Part shown: piece by piece, positions 1-8,790 of the stretch
How the letters are laid out: each line of letters opens with the position of its first letter
Position numbering within the stretch: the first letter of the stretch is position 1
Assembly (NCBI RefSeq): GCF_006345805.1
Contig: NW_021826405.1
Coordinates: 1 to 13,238 of the forward strand
Length of the DNA: 13,238 bases
Reading direction: 5' to 3'
DNA from: Octopus sinensis
Taxonomy: Eukaryota
Position numbers and translations under genes: made by a program
Notes under the pieces: generated by a model
The model's input: the letters and a program-made list of their open reading frames with translations, nothing else
What the model was told of the DNA's origin: nothing
Database searches by the model: none

Positions 1-31
<31 letters not shown>

Positions 32-45
32 GATATATATATATA
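1..45. repeat. (TA)n microsatellite
   Basis: Near-perfect TA run at the window start. Confidence 0.95.
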
Positions 46-70
46 CATTCATGCATACTTGGGATAGGGT

Positions 71-298
71 CTTTGTGTCTGTGTTTTATCCCCTGCTACC
101 GCTTGACAATCTGTGTTGCTGTGTTTACGTACCCGTAAATTAGCGGTTCGGCAAAAGACACCGACAGAATAAGTGCCAATCTTGAATAAAAAAGCGTAAG
201 TACTGGGGGTCGATTCGTTCCACGAAAAATTCTTGAAGGCCATGTGCCAACATGGCCGCAGTCTAATCGCCGAAATAAGTAAAATGATAAAAGATAAA
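71..298 (+). mobile_element. SINE family B, 3' half
   Basis: Contains gcttgacaat..gtgtttacgtacccgtaaattagcggttcggcaaaaga..catggccgcagtctaat..gaaataagtaaaa. Its tail matches 8691-8790 in this window and resembles a common octopus SINE 3' region (from recall). Confidence 0.7.
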
Positions 299-391
299 GG
301 ATTCCCTATTATGTAGTATACTTTATTATTTATAACATACATTTTTGTTTCTTTTGTCTTTTTGTTTTTCTTTTCAGATCAGTTAATAATA

Positions 392-1645
392 TCAGGTTCA
401 GTAAAAAGTAAGTAACGTCTTGAACCATGAAGAATTTGTACCGGATTTTTGCTGAGTTTTGAATCTTTGTTAAACATTTTTTTGCAATTGTCTGATAATA
501 CAGACTTAAACTTGCCCAAATGCATCAATAAATTAACATTGATTATTTTTTTCACCGTTGTTAAAATCATCTGAAACGAAACTGTTAAGCGCGATATTCG
601 AGCAATTTTGCTATTCAACTTCAAAAAAGGATGTAAACCAGCTGAAACTATTGCGATATTAACGAAACATTTGGTTAGATCGAAAATGGTTTAAACGATT
701 TTGCAGTGGTGACCTGAGCCTTGAAGATCGTGAGCGTAGTGGACGTCCATCTGTTATCCATGACAGTCAATTAAAGACCGTCATTGAGAAAGATCCACAT
801 AAAACCACTCGAGAACTGGCAAATGAACTTCACGTTAGCCAGAAAACTTCCTGCAACCATTTGCATGTAATCGGAAAATCAAAAATGCTCGACATACAAC
901 TTGAATGAAAATCAGAAAATGGGTGATATGAAATTTGCTCGTCATTTCTTCTCCGTAACTACATATATCCATTTCTCGAACGTATTGTAACTTGCGAGGA
1001 AAAGTGAATTCAGTACAATAATAAAAACGTTCTTCGCCGTGGTTGGACCAAAATGAAGCACCAAAAAACCTTCCCTAAGCCCGAGCTCTTCAAAAGGAAG
1101 GTTATGGTGACTGTTTGGTGGTGTACTATTGGTCTCATCAACTATAACTTCTTCAAGCCCCGAGAAACCATCACTGCAGAAACATATTGCCATGAAATTA
1201 CCAAAATGAACGAATAATTGCTACTCCTCCGTCCCAGACTGGTCAACAGAAGAGGGTCAATCATTTTTCATGACAATGTTCGACCACACGTTTCACTAAT
1301 GACGCTCCAGAAGTTGAGGGAACTTGGTTACGAAATTCTTCCCCACCCAGTTTATTCCCCACATCTTTCTCCTACCGACTACCACTCTTTCAAGCACCTT
1401 GATGGTTTCCTGCAAGAGTAGGAGTTCAAAGATCAAACCGATGCTGAAAGTGCGTTCAAAGAGTTCATCAGCTCCAGAACTCCAGATATTTTATGCTACC
1501 GTAATAAACAAACTTGTAACGCATTGGCAAAAATGTGTTGATTGTAATGGTGCTTACTTTGATGAATAAAATTTCCGCATTATTCAAAATATATTGTGGA
1601 AAATCTCATGTTTCAAAACGTTGCTTGCTTTTCTACTCAGCCAGA
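392..1645 (+). mobile_element. Mariner (Tc1/mariner, DD34D) DNA transposon, full-length but decayed, Hsmar1/cecropia-like
   Basis: Left end tcaggttcagtaaaaagtaagtaacgtcttgaaccatga matches the reverse complement of the right end (tctggctgagtagaaaagcaagcaacgttttgaaacatga). TA flanks both sides (390-391, 1646-1647). Length is 1254 bp and it contains a transposase remnant. Confidence 0.93.
581..1569 (+). pseudogene. Mariner transposase pseudogene with frameshifts, stops and deletions
   Basis: Manual translation across frames gives KRDIRAILLFNFKKG..RKWFKRFCSGDLSLEDRERSGRPS..TTRELANEL..RIVTCEEK*..FPKPELFKRKVMVTVWW..HDNVRPH..HPVYSPHLSPTDYHSFKHLD..WQKCVDCNGAYFDE*. There are 34 residues between the HDN and PTDY aspartates. 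The first catalytic D reads as E and the WVPHEL linker is deleted. Confidence 0.93.
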
Positions 1646-1949
1646 TATTTTTCAACCGATCAACACTGACTCAGTTTGTTATCTTCTAAATAATATTTAC
1701 GGGAAGCTTATATGTCAGTTCTTCGAATATTTTGTTAAACACACTTTGTTGCCCTCAAAGTTCGTGTAATTATTATTAACGGGTCTTTTATTTGTTTGTT
1801 TGTTTGTATGTTTGTGTATGTGTTGTTATAGTTAAAATTGCTTACTTTGTATGCCTAATACGTGGGTTTACACGTAACGCTAAAGTGACGTGTGAGCAAC
1901 TTGACTGCCATTTCTAACCGATCCGGTGATCACACAAACGATCATACTC

Positions 1950-2100
1950 ATACATACATACATACATACATACATACATACATACATACATACATACATA
2001 CATACATAATTCATACATACATACATACATACATACATACGCACACACGCACACACACATATATATATAAAGGAGAGAGATACGTACATACATACATACA
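1950..2100. repeat. (TACA)n with (CA)n/(TA)n compound microsatellite
   Basis: Tandem tacatacata run followed by CA and TA runs. Confidence 0.95.
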
Positions 2101-2609
2101 TGCAAATATATTCGTGCGTCCATTTCAAATCTTCGATTTGCTTTTGAATCTCCGGGAGAAATTTTTCAAATACGCATCATTGGCTGTGGCATCCAGAGTT
2201 ACCCCTCCAGCCAGTCAGCCAAAATAATAATCTGGGCAAGAACTGACCAATATGTGGAACGATGATCTGTGAGCATCCTTCAAAAAAATAAGAAAGAAAG
2301 AAAGAAACACATAGTCAATATAGTAACAGAAAAGAGCGGTGTCGTGACAAAAGTAAAATGCTGCAACAGTAATACAAGAAAATACTACAAAGAAATTGAA
2401 AAAAAAAACTCCAGCTCTTGCGCAGTTGCTTATTCTGCTAGTAATAATAGCCAAATCTATCTGATATCATACACAAGTGTATTAAAAATATGGGAGGGTA
2501 TATGGTATGATATATGTCCGGATATTGCACGTTTCAATATAATGTGGAATGGTAATGACTAGAATGTCTGCGATTGTACGTAGGTCTTTGCGGAAGGGGT
2601 GGGGGGATG

Positions 2610-2890
2610 AACAACATAAACAAGTTTAAGCAGAAACAACAACAAAACGGCAACAATCACAAGAAAAACAAGAACGGGACCATAATCACATGATCAGTTT
2701 CATAACAACACCAACGAAAACTGCAACAATAACAAAATCACAACAGCGCGCCATAACAACAGCAACAACAGCAACAACAGCAGCAACAACAACAGCAGCA
2801 GCAGCAAAATTCACAATAGCAACAAGAAAAACAACTGCAGTAGCAACAACAACAGAAGCAGCAGCAGCAACAACAACAGCAACGAAAACA

Positions 2891-2922
<32 letters not shown>

Positions 2923-3285
2923 AACGAAAACATCAGCAGCAGCAGCAACAACAATAAAAGCACCATCAACTGCAGCAGTAGTAACATTAACAAAATACCA
3001 TCATCAGCAGCAGCAGTAATAAAAACAAAAACCCCAGCAGCAGCAACAGCAACAGCAGCAGCAATGAAATGCTATAAACATCGACAGCACTAACAACAGC
3101 AGTTTAACAGCAACAACAACAACACTCTCAGCAGCAGCAGCAACAAACGCAGCAGCAACGACAACAACAACAACAGCAACAATGCAACAATCACAGCAAC
3201 TAACAACGTAACAATCATAACAAAACCAAAGCCACAAAAACAACAAAAATGTCGGACAACTACAACAACAACAACAACAACACGG
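2610..3285. repeat. Degenerate (CAA/CAG)n trinucleotide low-complexity tract
   Basis: About 670 bp of aca/gca triplets. It explains the poly-T/A, poly-L and poly-C ORFs in the track. Confidence 0.92.
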
Positions 3286-3510
3286 ATACCACAAAATGTT
3301 TGTCTAGCCCGATCTATTCATTTATTACATTGAACAATCGATCTGGCACGTCTATTGTCTTCTCCGCGATTTGATTGATTGGTTTTGGTTTATCGTTTAA
3401 GAAGACACAGTTCGATAATTTGTCCTCTCTTTATGTATGTCTGTGTGTCGCTATGTCCACAATGAAATGGACACCGGTTGAAGCTGGTTACAGAAGCAAC
3501 ACCGTTGGCT

Positions 3511-3562
3511 CACACATACACACACACTTACACAGACACATATATACACATATATATGCACA

Positions 3563-3606
<44 letters not shown>

Positions 3607-4084
3607 ATATATATATTATATATATATATATACACACATACACACAACCATATACACATACACACAGATATATAGACATACTTACGCACATATATATATG
3701 CACATACACACACACATACACATATACGCATACATGTATACAGACATGCACACAAACATACAAACACACACACATATATGCATAGACACATAGATATACA
3801 AACATACTCGTAAAACACACACACACAGACAGACATGCACGTAAACGCAAAGCACATTCACATACAACACTCATAAAGCAAACACACACACATATACGTA
3901 AACAAACTGATTAATCATACACACACGTATATACATACATACGCACACATAATGCCACACACGCACATACACATACACACACAAACGCACATACATGCAT
4001 ATATAATATGTGTGTGTGTGCGTGCGTGCGTGTGTGTGTGTGTGTGTGTATGTGCGTGTGTGTATGTATATTCATGTATATATA
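3511..4084. repeat. Compound (CA)n/(TA)n/(TG)n microsatellite
   Basis: CA-rich from 3511 to about 4000, switching to TG at about 4008-4070. Confidence 0.93.
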
Positions 4085-4204
4085 TTCCGCCTACGTCGCC
4101 ACCCTGTCCCCAAGCGAAAACGAGTCTGTTTGCTTTCTTGACTGCGGCCATGTTGACATTTCCGCTCGGTTGTGGTTTAAACGAAATATTCGTCCCACCT
4201 CAGT

Positions 4205-4206
<2 letters not shown>

Positions 4207-4237
<31 letters not shown>
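4207..4237. repeat. (CAT)10 microsatellite
   Basis: Perfect tandem cat/atc units. Confidence 0.95.
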
Positions 4238-4238
<1 letters not shown>

Positions 4239-4339
4239 GCAGTAGCAGCAGCGGCCGCAGTAGAGGCATAGCAAATGCCTTTAAGAAAGGGAAAAAAAAC
4301 AAAAAAAAAACGAAAAACACATTATCACTACCGTAAACA

Positions 4340-4650
4340 TAACCATGACCACCTCCACCAAACATCAATAGAACCACCACCACCACCAACAACAACAATA
4401 ACATTATAAAAACCGCCACCACCATCGACATCATAAACGCCATGAAAAACACCAATACAACCACCACCATCACCATCATCCCCCACCCCCACCACTACCA
4501 CCACCGCTATACTAAAGTATCACCACCACAAATTGTACTATCCTCACCACCACCACCAGCATCAACAGTGCCCCACAAGCAACACCATCACCAGGTTTGT
4601 TACTGCCGCCACCACCACCAACGACAACATCCTCACCACTACCACTGCTA
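4340..4650. repeat. Degenerate (CAC)n trinucleotide tract
   Basis: Repeated accaccacc/catcaccac units. Confidence 0.88.
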
Positions 4651-4844
4651 CGATGAACGAGCCCGTGTTAATGAAAAACCTGATTGAAATAGTAGCCGAG
4701 TCTCAAATCATGTTCTAGTGTCCGAAAAGTGTCGTTCATTGAGCACCGTAGAATATAATTTCCATTGTAACGTGGTCTCTAGGGATAGAGGGTGCCTTTG
4801 ATATGTTCTACTAAACGGCAACGATATTCCTATTAGTCTCATTT

Positions 4845-4980
4845 GCGCAAAGGACCAGCAATTTTGAGAAAAGATGTCGGGCGAGTATATCAGCCACAAT
4901 ACATAACTGTTACCTGATTTTACCGACTCCGAAAGGATGAAACGTGAGGTCAACTGCAAGGCAATCAAGACTCAGAACGT
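4845..4980 (-). mobile_element. SINE family A, old degenerate fragment
   Basis: gaaaggatgaaacgtgaggtcaac..actcagaacgt is the diverged reverse complement of the core of the 5050-5258 copy. Confidence 0.6.
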
Positions 4981-5049
4981 TTAGACCTTTGACCTCACCA
5001 TGGTGGGAAGGTTAAACGAACTATGTCAGAGCTATGACATTGTAACTAA

Positions 5050-5258
5050 GGCGGGCTGGCAGAAACGTTAGCACGCCGGGCGAAATGCTTAGCGTTATTT
5101 CGTCTGTCTTTACGTTCTGAGTTCAAATTCCGCCGAGGTCGACTTTGCCTTTCATCCTTTCGGGGTCGATAAATTAAGTGCCAGTTGTGTACCGGGTTGG
5201 ATCTAATCGACTGGCCCCCTCCCCCAAAATTTTGGGCCTTGTGCCTAGAGTAGAAAAG
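5050..5258 (+). mobile_element. tRNA-type SINE family A, full-length monomer with 11-bp target-site duplication
   Basis: A-box-like tggcagaaacgttagc, B-box gttcaaattcc (5121-5131) and core gactttgcctttcatcctttcggggtcgataaattaagt. An exact attgtaactaa sits at 5039-5049 and 5259-5269. Confidence 0.92.
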
Positions 5259-5286
5259 ATTGTAACTAAACAAGTGAGTGTCAGAG

Positions 5287-5608
5287 CTATGCTGTCAGGG
5301 ACTTCGAGTCCTTGGTGGGGCCACTCAAGGCGGACAGATCTGATACCGGCGGTGCTAGGGCCGCTACCCTGCTAACTGGAGGGCAATAGTGAATTCCATG
5401 CGGCGTTTGTTTCGGAATCCGGCGGCTGAGGTCATCCTGCGGCGAGAAGGCATAACGCGGGGACGATCTGCCTCCGGTCGTATATGGTGGCTTATGAATA
5501 AAGACGGGAACTGTTTTTTGCGGATTCTGGGCCACTCCTTGAAACTCCCGTGAATTTACAGCGACGAATTTAATAGGAGGCAGTTTAACCCCTTTTCAGT
5601 GAATACCG
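5287..5608 (-). other. Candidate host exon or pseudo-exon (GC-rich unique island, 102-codon open frame)
   Basis: A minus-strand acceptor tttttgtttcttgtcttgtcttgcag ends at 5609. The frame is open from 5595 to 5287 (KGVKLPPIKF...KDSKSLTA*), but an in-frame TGA at 5598-5596 separates it from the acceptor. No homolog recognised. Confidence 0.3.
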
Positions 5609-5634
5609 CTGCAAGACAAGACAAGAAACAAAAA

Positions 5635-5685
5635 CACTACGAGGTATTTTGTTCGACGATCTACCGATTCTGCCAGAACGTCTCC
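5635..5685 (-). mobile_element. SINE family A, 5' head fragment
   Basis: Reverse complement reads ggagacgttctggcagaatcggtagatcgtcgaacaaaatacc, a diverged version of the SINE head. Confidence 0.5.
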
Positions 5686-5699
5686 TTAATAATAATAGA

Positions 5700-5918
5700 T
5701 TAGAATTGTGGCTCTAGGCCAGAAATTTCAGAGGAAGTGGGTGGAGATTAGTCGATCACACTGACCAGTATGCAGCTGGTACTTTATTTTATCGATCCCG
5801 AAAGGATGAAAATCAAGGAAGACCTCGGTGGAATTTGAACTCAGGATGTAAAGCGCTGGAAGAAATGCCACCGAACAATTTTGTCCAGTGCGCTAACGAT
5901 TCTGTTAGCTCGCTGCTT
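5700..5918 (-). mobile_element. SINE family A, diverged full-length copy
   Basis: ctggtactttattttatcgatcccgaaaggatgaa..ggaatttgaactcag..gctaacgattctgttagctcgctgc. Confidence 0.85.
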
Positions 5919-5928
5919 TAATAAAGGC

Positions 5929-6140
5929 TTTCAATTTAGGCACAAGGCCAGCAATTTCGCGTGGAAGGAGATAAGTCGATTACAAAAAACCTCAATATTC
6001 AACTGGTACTTATTTTATTGACTACCAAAAGATGAAAGGCAAAGTCGAACTCGGCGAAATTTGAACTCAGAACGTGAAGACGGACTAAATACTGCTAAGC
6101 TTTTTGTCCGGCATAGTAACGATTTGGTTAGTTCGCCGCA
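5929..6140 (-). mobile_element. SINE family A, diverged full-length copy
   Basis: ggcacaaggccagcaattt..gatgaaaggcaaagtcgaactcggcgaaatttgaactcagaacgt..gttcgccgc. Confidence 0.87.
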
Positions 6141-6159
6141 TTAATAGTAATTTCTGGAA

Positions 6160-6555
6160 GGCGGCGAGCTGGCAGAAACGTTAGCACGCCGGGCAAAATG
6201 CTTAGCGGTATTTCATCTGCCGTTACGTCCTGAGTTCAAATTCCACCGAGGTCGACTTTGCCTTTCATCCTTTCGGGGTCCATAAATTAAGTACCAGTTA
6301 CGCACTGGTGTCGATGTAATCAACTTAATCCGTTTGTCTGTCCTTGTTTGTCCTCCCTGTGTTTAGTCCCTTGTGGATAGTAAAGAAATAGGCATTTCGT
6401 CTGCCGTTACGTTCTGGGTTCAAAGCCCGCCGAGGTCGACTTTGCCTTTTATCCTTTCAAGATCGATAAATTAAGTACCAGTTGCGTACTAGGGTCGATC
6501 TAATCCAAAGGCACCCTCCCCAAAAATTTCGGGCCTTGTGCTTAGAGCAGAAAAG
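6160..6555 (+). mobile_element. Dimeric SINE family A element with target-site duplication
   Basis: A full unit with one tail (6160-6391) is fused to a 5'-truncated second unit with a different tail (6392-6555). Flanks are aatagtaatttctg (6143-6156) and aatagtagtttctg (6556-6569). Confidence 0.9.
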
Positions 6556-6574
6556 AATAGTAGTTTCTGATTTA

Positions 6575-6743
6575 TGCACTCAACGCCAGACGTTTTGAAG
6601 GGAAGGGGTCAGTCGATACCAGTAACTTTAGCACTTGACTATTGATTTATTTTATCGACCCTTGAGGGATGAAAGGCAAGATTGATTTCTGCGAGATTTG
6701 AGCTCAAAAAGTAAAGGGCAGGAGGAAATGGATACCACAAGGC
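6575..6743 (-). mobile_element. SINE family A, degenerate copy
   Basis: tttattttatcgacccttgagggatgaaaggcaag..gatttgagctca. Confidence 0.72.
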
Positions 6744-6745
6744 AA

Positions 6746-6936
6746 GCACAAAACCCAGCAATTTTAAGGGATTTATAAGACAGTCCAAGTACTCGATTGT
6801 TACTTTATGTTATCGACCCCAGAAGGAAGAAATGTGAAGCCGACCTCAGTCGGATTTGAACTCAGAATGTAAACACAGAAAAAAAATCAAAAAGCATTTC
6901 TTACGATACATTATTGATCCTGCCATCTCATTACCG
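6746..6936 (-). mobile_element. SINE family A, degenerate copy
   Basis: ttatcgaccccagaaggaagaaatgtgaagccgacctcagtcggatttgaactcagaatgt..gatcctgccatctc. Confidence 0.72.
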
Positions 6937-6946
6937 TTAATAAAGA

Positions 6947-7330
6947 TTTCAAGTTTTAGCACAAGGCCAGTAATTCTAAGGGAAGGATCAAGTCGATTAC
7001 ATTAACCCCAGTGATTAATTGATACTTGTTTTATCAACCCCGAAAAGCAGAAAGGCAAACACGGTGCGAACCCGGGTGAAGCCGACTGCAAATGAAACTC
7101 ACGATGGTAGTAGCAAATATTCGAAAACATCTTGGAGAATCACAGTGGATGGTGGGTGGGTGGGTATGGACTGACTCGAGAGCTGCGAATCGTTACGGAG
7201 CTGGATTTTCAAGTAATTGTTTCATCAACCCCGGAAAGCAGAAAGGCAAAGTCGACCTCGGCGGAATTCGAACTCAGAACGTAAAGAGCCAGAAAAAATA
7301 CCGCAAGTCATTTTGCTTCTGACACGCTCG
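6947..7330 (-). mobile_element. SINE family A copy interrupted by a 157-bp insertion
   Basis: The tail part (6947-7059) and head part (7217-7330) join into one element once 7060-7250 is removed. Confidence 0.82.
7062..7155 (+). pseudogene. Degenerate 28S (LSU) rRNA-derived fragment
   Basis: cccgggtgaagccg..tggtagtagcaaatattcgaa..agtgga is colinear with the conserved LSU segment CCCGGGTGGAGCCG..GATCTTGGTGGTAGTAGCAAATATTCAAA..GAAGTGGAG (recalled). The exact core is tggtagtagcaaatattc. Confidence 0.6.
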
Positions 7331-7849
7331 CACTTAAGCTATACCAGCGACCTAACAACAGCAGCAAACACAATGATTGTGACCTGAGTCGGAATTCTTT
7401 CTGTGCCCTCGGAAGCATTTACAGATGTTCATACTTACAACAGGATTTAGAGTTAAGGCTAACTTCTCAACAGTTCAAACACTCTGGTTTCGAATGTGCT
7501 ACATGGTGTTTAAATGCTGCATAACTTCCTTCTGCCGTTTGTATTAGGTCGAGCAGAATCTAGTAGGATATTAAAAAATTTTAGAAATATTTTGTAGGTG
7601 TGTTTGTCTACGAAGGGAGTGGTTGAAACTGAAGTAAATGTCATGGAACTGTGTCAGTAACTAGGTCGCAGTGGTGCGACGAAAATAGAAATGAGTGACT
7701 GACCAGCTCACAGAATTGCGACGAAAATTTTTTACAACACCAAGAAATATATGAAAAGTCAATTAAACAGTTTGTGTGGTTTTTAGAAGTAAAACGTAGC
7801 TCTTCTACGATTTAATTGCTTGAAAAATATTGAAATATTAAAATATATA

Positions 7850-7854
<5 letters not shown>

Positions 7855-7903
<49 letters not shown>
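7855..7903. repeat. (TA)n microsatellite
   Basis: Perfect TA run. Confidence 0.95.
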
Positions 7904-7906
<3 letters not shown>

Positions 7907-7909
7907 AAA

Positions 7910-7987
7910 GGCACAAGCGTGGGTGGGTAAAAAGTTTGGTTCTTGACCACATGGTTCCGGGTCCAGTCCTACTGCGTGGCACCTTAG
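7910..7987 (+). mobile_element. SINE family B, tRNA-like 5' head
   Basis: accacatggttccgggtccagtcctactgcgtggcacctt is the inverse match of 10410-10529. Confidence 0.78.
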
Positions 7988-7989
7988 TC

Positions 7990-8275
7990 CCAAAGTCAAC
8001 CCCGGTGGAATTTGAACTCAGAACGTAACGGCAGACGAAATACCTATTTCTTTACTACCCACAAGGGGCTAAACACAGAGGGGACAAACAAGGACAGACT
8101 AACGGGTTAAGTCGATTACAACGACCCCAATGTGTAACTGGTACTTGATTTATAGACCCCGAAAGGATGAAAGGCAAAGTCGACCTTGGCGGAATTTGAA
8201 CTCAGAACGTAACGGCAGACGAAATACCACTAAGCATTTTGCCCGGCGTGCTAACGTTTCTGCCAGCTCGCCGCC
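7990..8275 (-). mobile_element. Dimeric SINE family A element, second unit truncated
   Basis: Reverse complement of about 6160-6444, with the same aaagaaatag/g(t/c)atttcgtctgccg junction. Confidence 0.9.

Positions 8276-8276
<1 letters not shown>

Positions 8277-8337
<61 letters not shown>
8277..8337. repeat. (TAA)n microsatellite
   Basis: Perfect taa run. Confidence 0.95.
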
Positions 8338-8339
<2 letters not shown>

Positions 8340-8638
8340 AAATTCAATAGGTATAACATGTTAGCTTGGGAGGTAAAGCAGTTGTGGTCTACGAAAAAGG
8401 TGGTAGTGGTACCAATAATTGTCGGAGCCCTGGGAACAGTGAGTAAAAGTCTCAAGAAGTACATGGAACAAATATGGTCTGCACTTGGAGAAAACAGGAC
8501 TCCTTGGAACCGCACTTGGAGAAAACAGGACTCCTTGGAACCGCTCGAATACGCCGGAAGGTGCTCGAAATATAAGAGGTGTTACCTTAGTTCACTGACA
8601 CCGTAGTACATCTCCAGCGTTAGAGGCTGTGCAAAGGC
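8338..8638 (+). mobile_element. 5'-truncated non-LTR retrotransposon: C-terminus of the restriction-like endonuclease region plus 3' UTR (R4/Dong-like)
   Basis: Translates as KFNRYNMLAWEVKQLWSTKKVVVVPIIVGALGTVSKSLKKYMEQI, then in another frame LEKTGLLGTARIRRKVLEI* (stop 8573-8575). (TAA)n flanks both sides. Confidence 0.85.
8481..8542 (+). repeat. Perfect 31-bp tandem duplication
   Basis: gcacttggagaaaacaggactccttggaacc at 8481-8511 and 8512-8542. Confidence 0.95.
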
Positions 8639-8680
<42 letters not shown>

Positions 8681-8692
8681 TAATAATAATAA
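8639..8692. repeat. (TAA)n microsatellite
   Basis: taa run with one interruption. Confidence 0.95.
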
Positions 8693-8790
8693 GTACTGGA
8701 TATGATTCATTTGACTAGATATCCTTCAAGTTTGTGCTCTAGCTTGGCCGCAGTCTATTGACTGAAACAAGTAAAAGAAAGAGTAAAAAA
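8691..8790 (+). mobile_element. SINE family B, 3' tail fragment
   Basis: aagtactgga..tggccgcagtctattgactgaaacaagtaaaag matches 198-290. Confidence 0.72.

Noticed and set aside
581-1569. Functional SETMAR gene
   Set aside because: There is no SET domain, the transposase has multiple stops and frameshifts, and TIRs are present. It is a dead transposon copy.
1880-2227. ORFs rich in YVCM/HTYI repeats
   Set aside because: Translations of the (TACA)n microsatellite.
2690-3294. Thr/Ala-rich mucin-like or antifreeze-like ORF, plus poly-Leu and poly-Cys ORFs
   Set aside because: They arise from a degenerate CAA/CAG tract that is open in several frames on both strands, with no splice or domain support.
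3375-4271. His/Thr and Cys/Val-rich ORFs
   Set aside because: Dinucleotide repeat translations.
4091-4278. Minus-strand exon-like frame (ICYASTAAAAATADDDDDDDDDDGTEVG...) after a pyrimidine tract
   Set aside because: The poly-Asp is the (CAT)10 repeat, and the downstream part contains catggccgcagtcaa, which matches the SINE family B tail. It is probably decayed repeat.
5050-8275. CRISPR-like array or tRNA gene cluster
   Set aside because: Units are about 200 bp, diverged, in mixed orientation and lack a full cloverleaf. They are SINEs in eukaryotic DNA.
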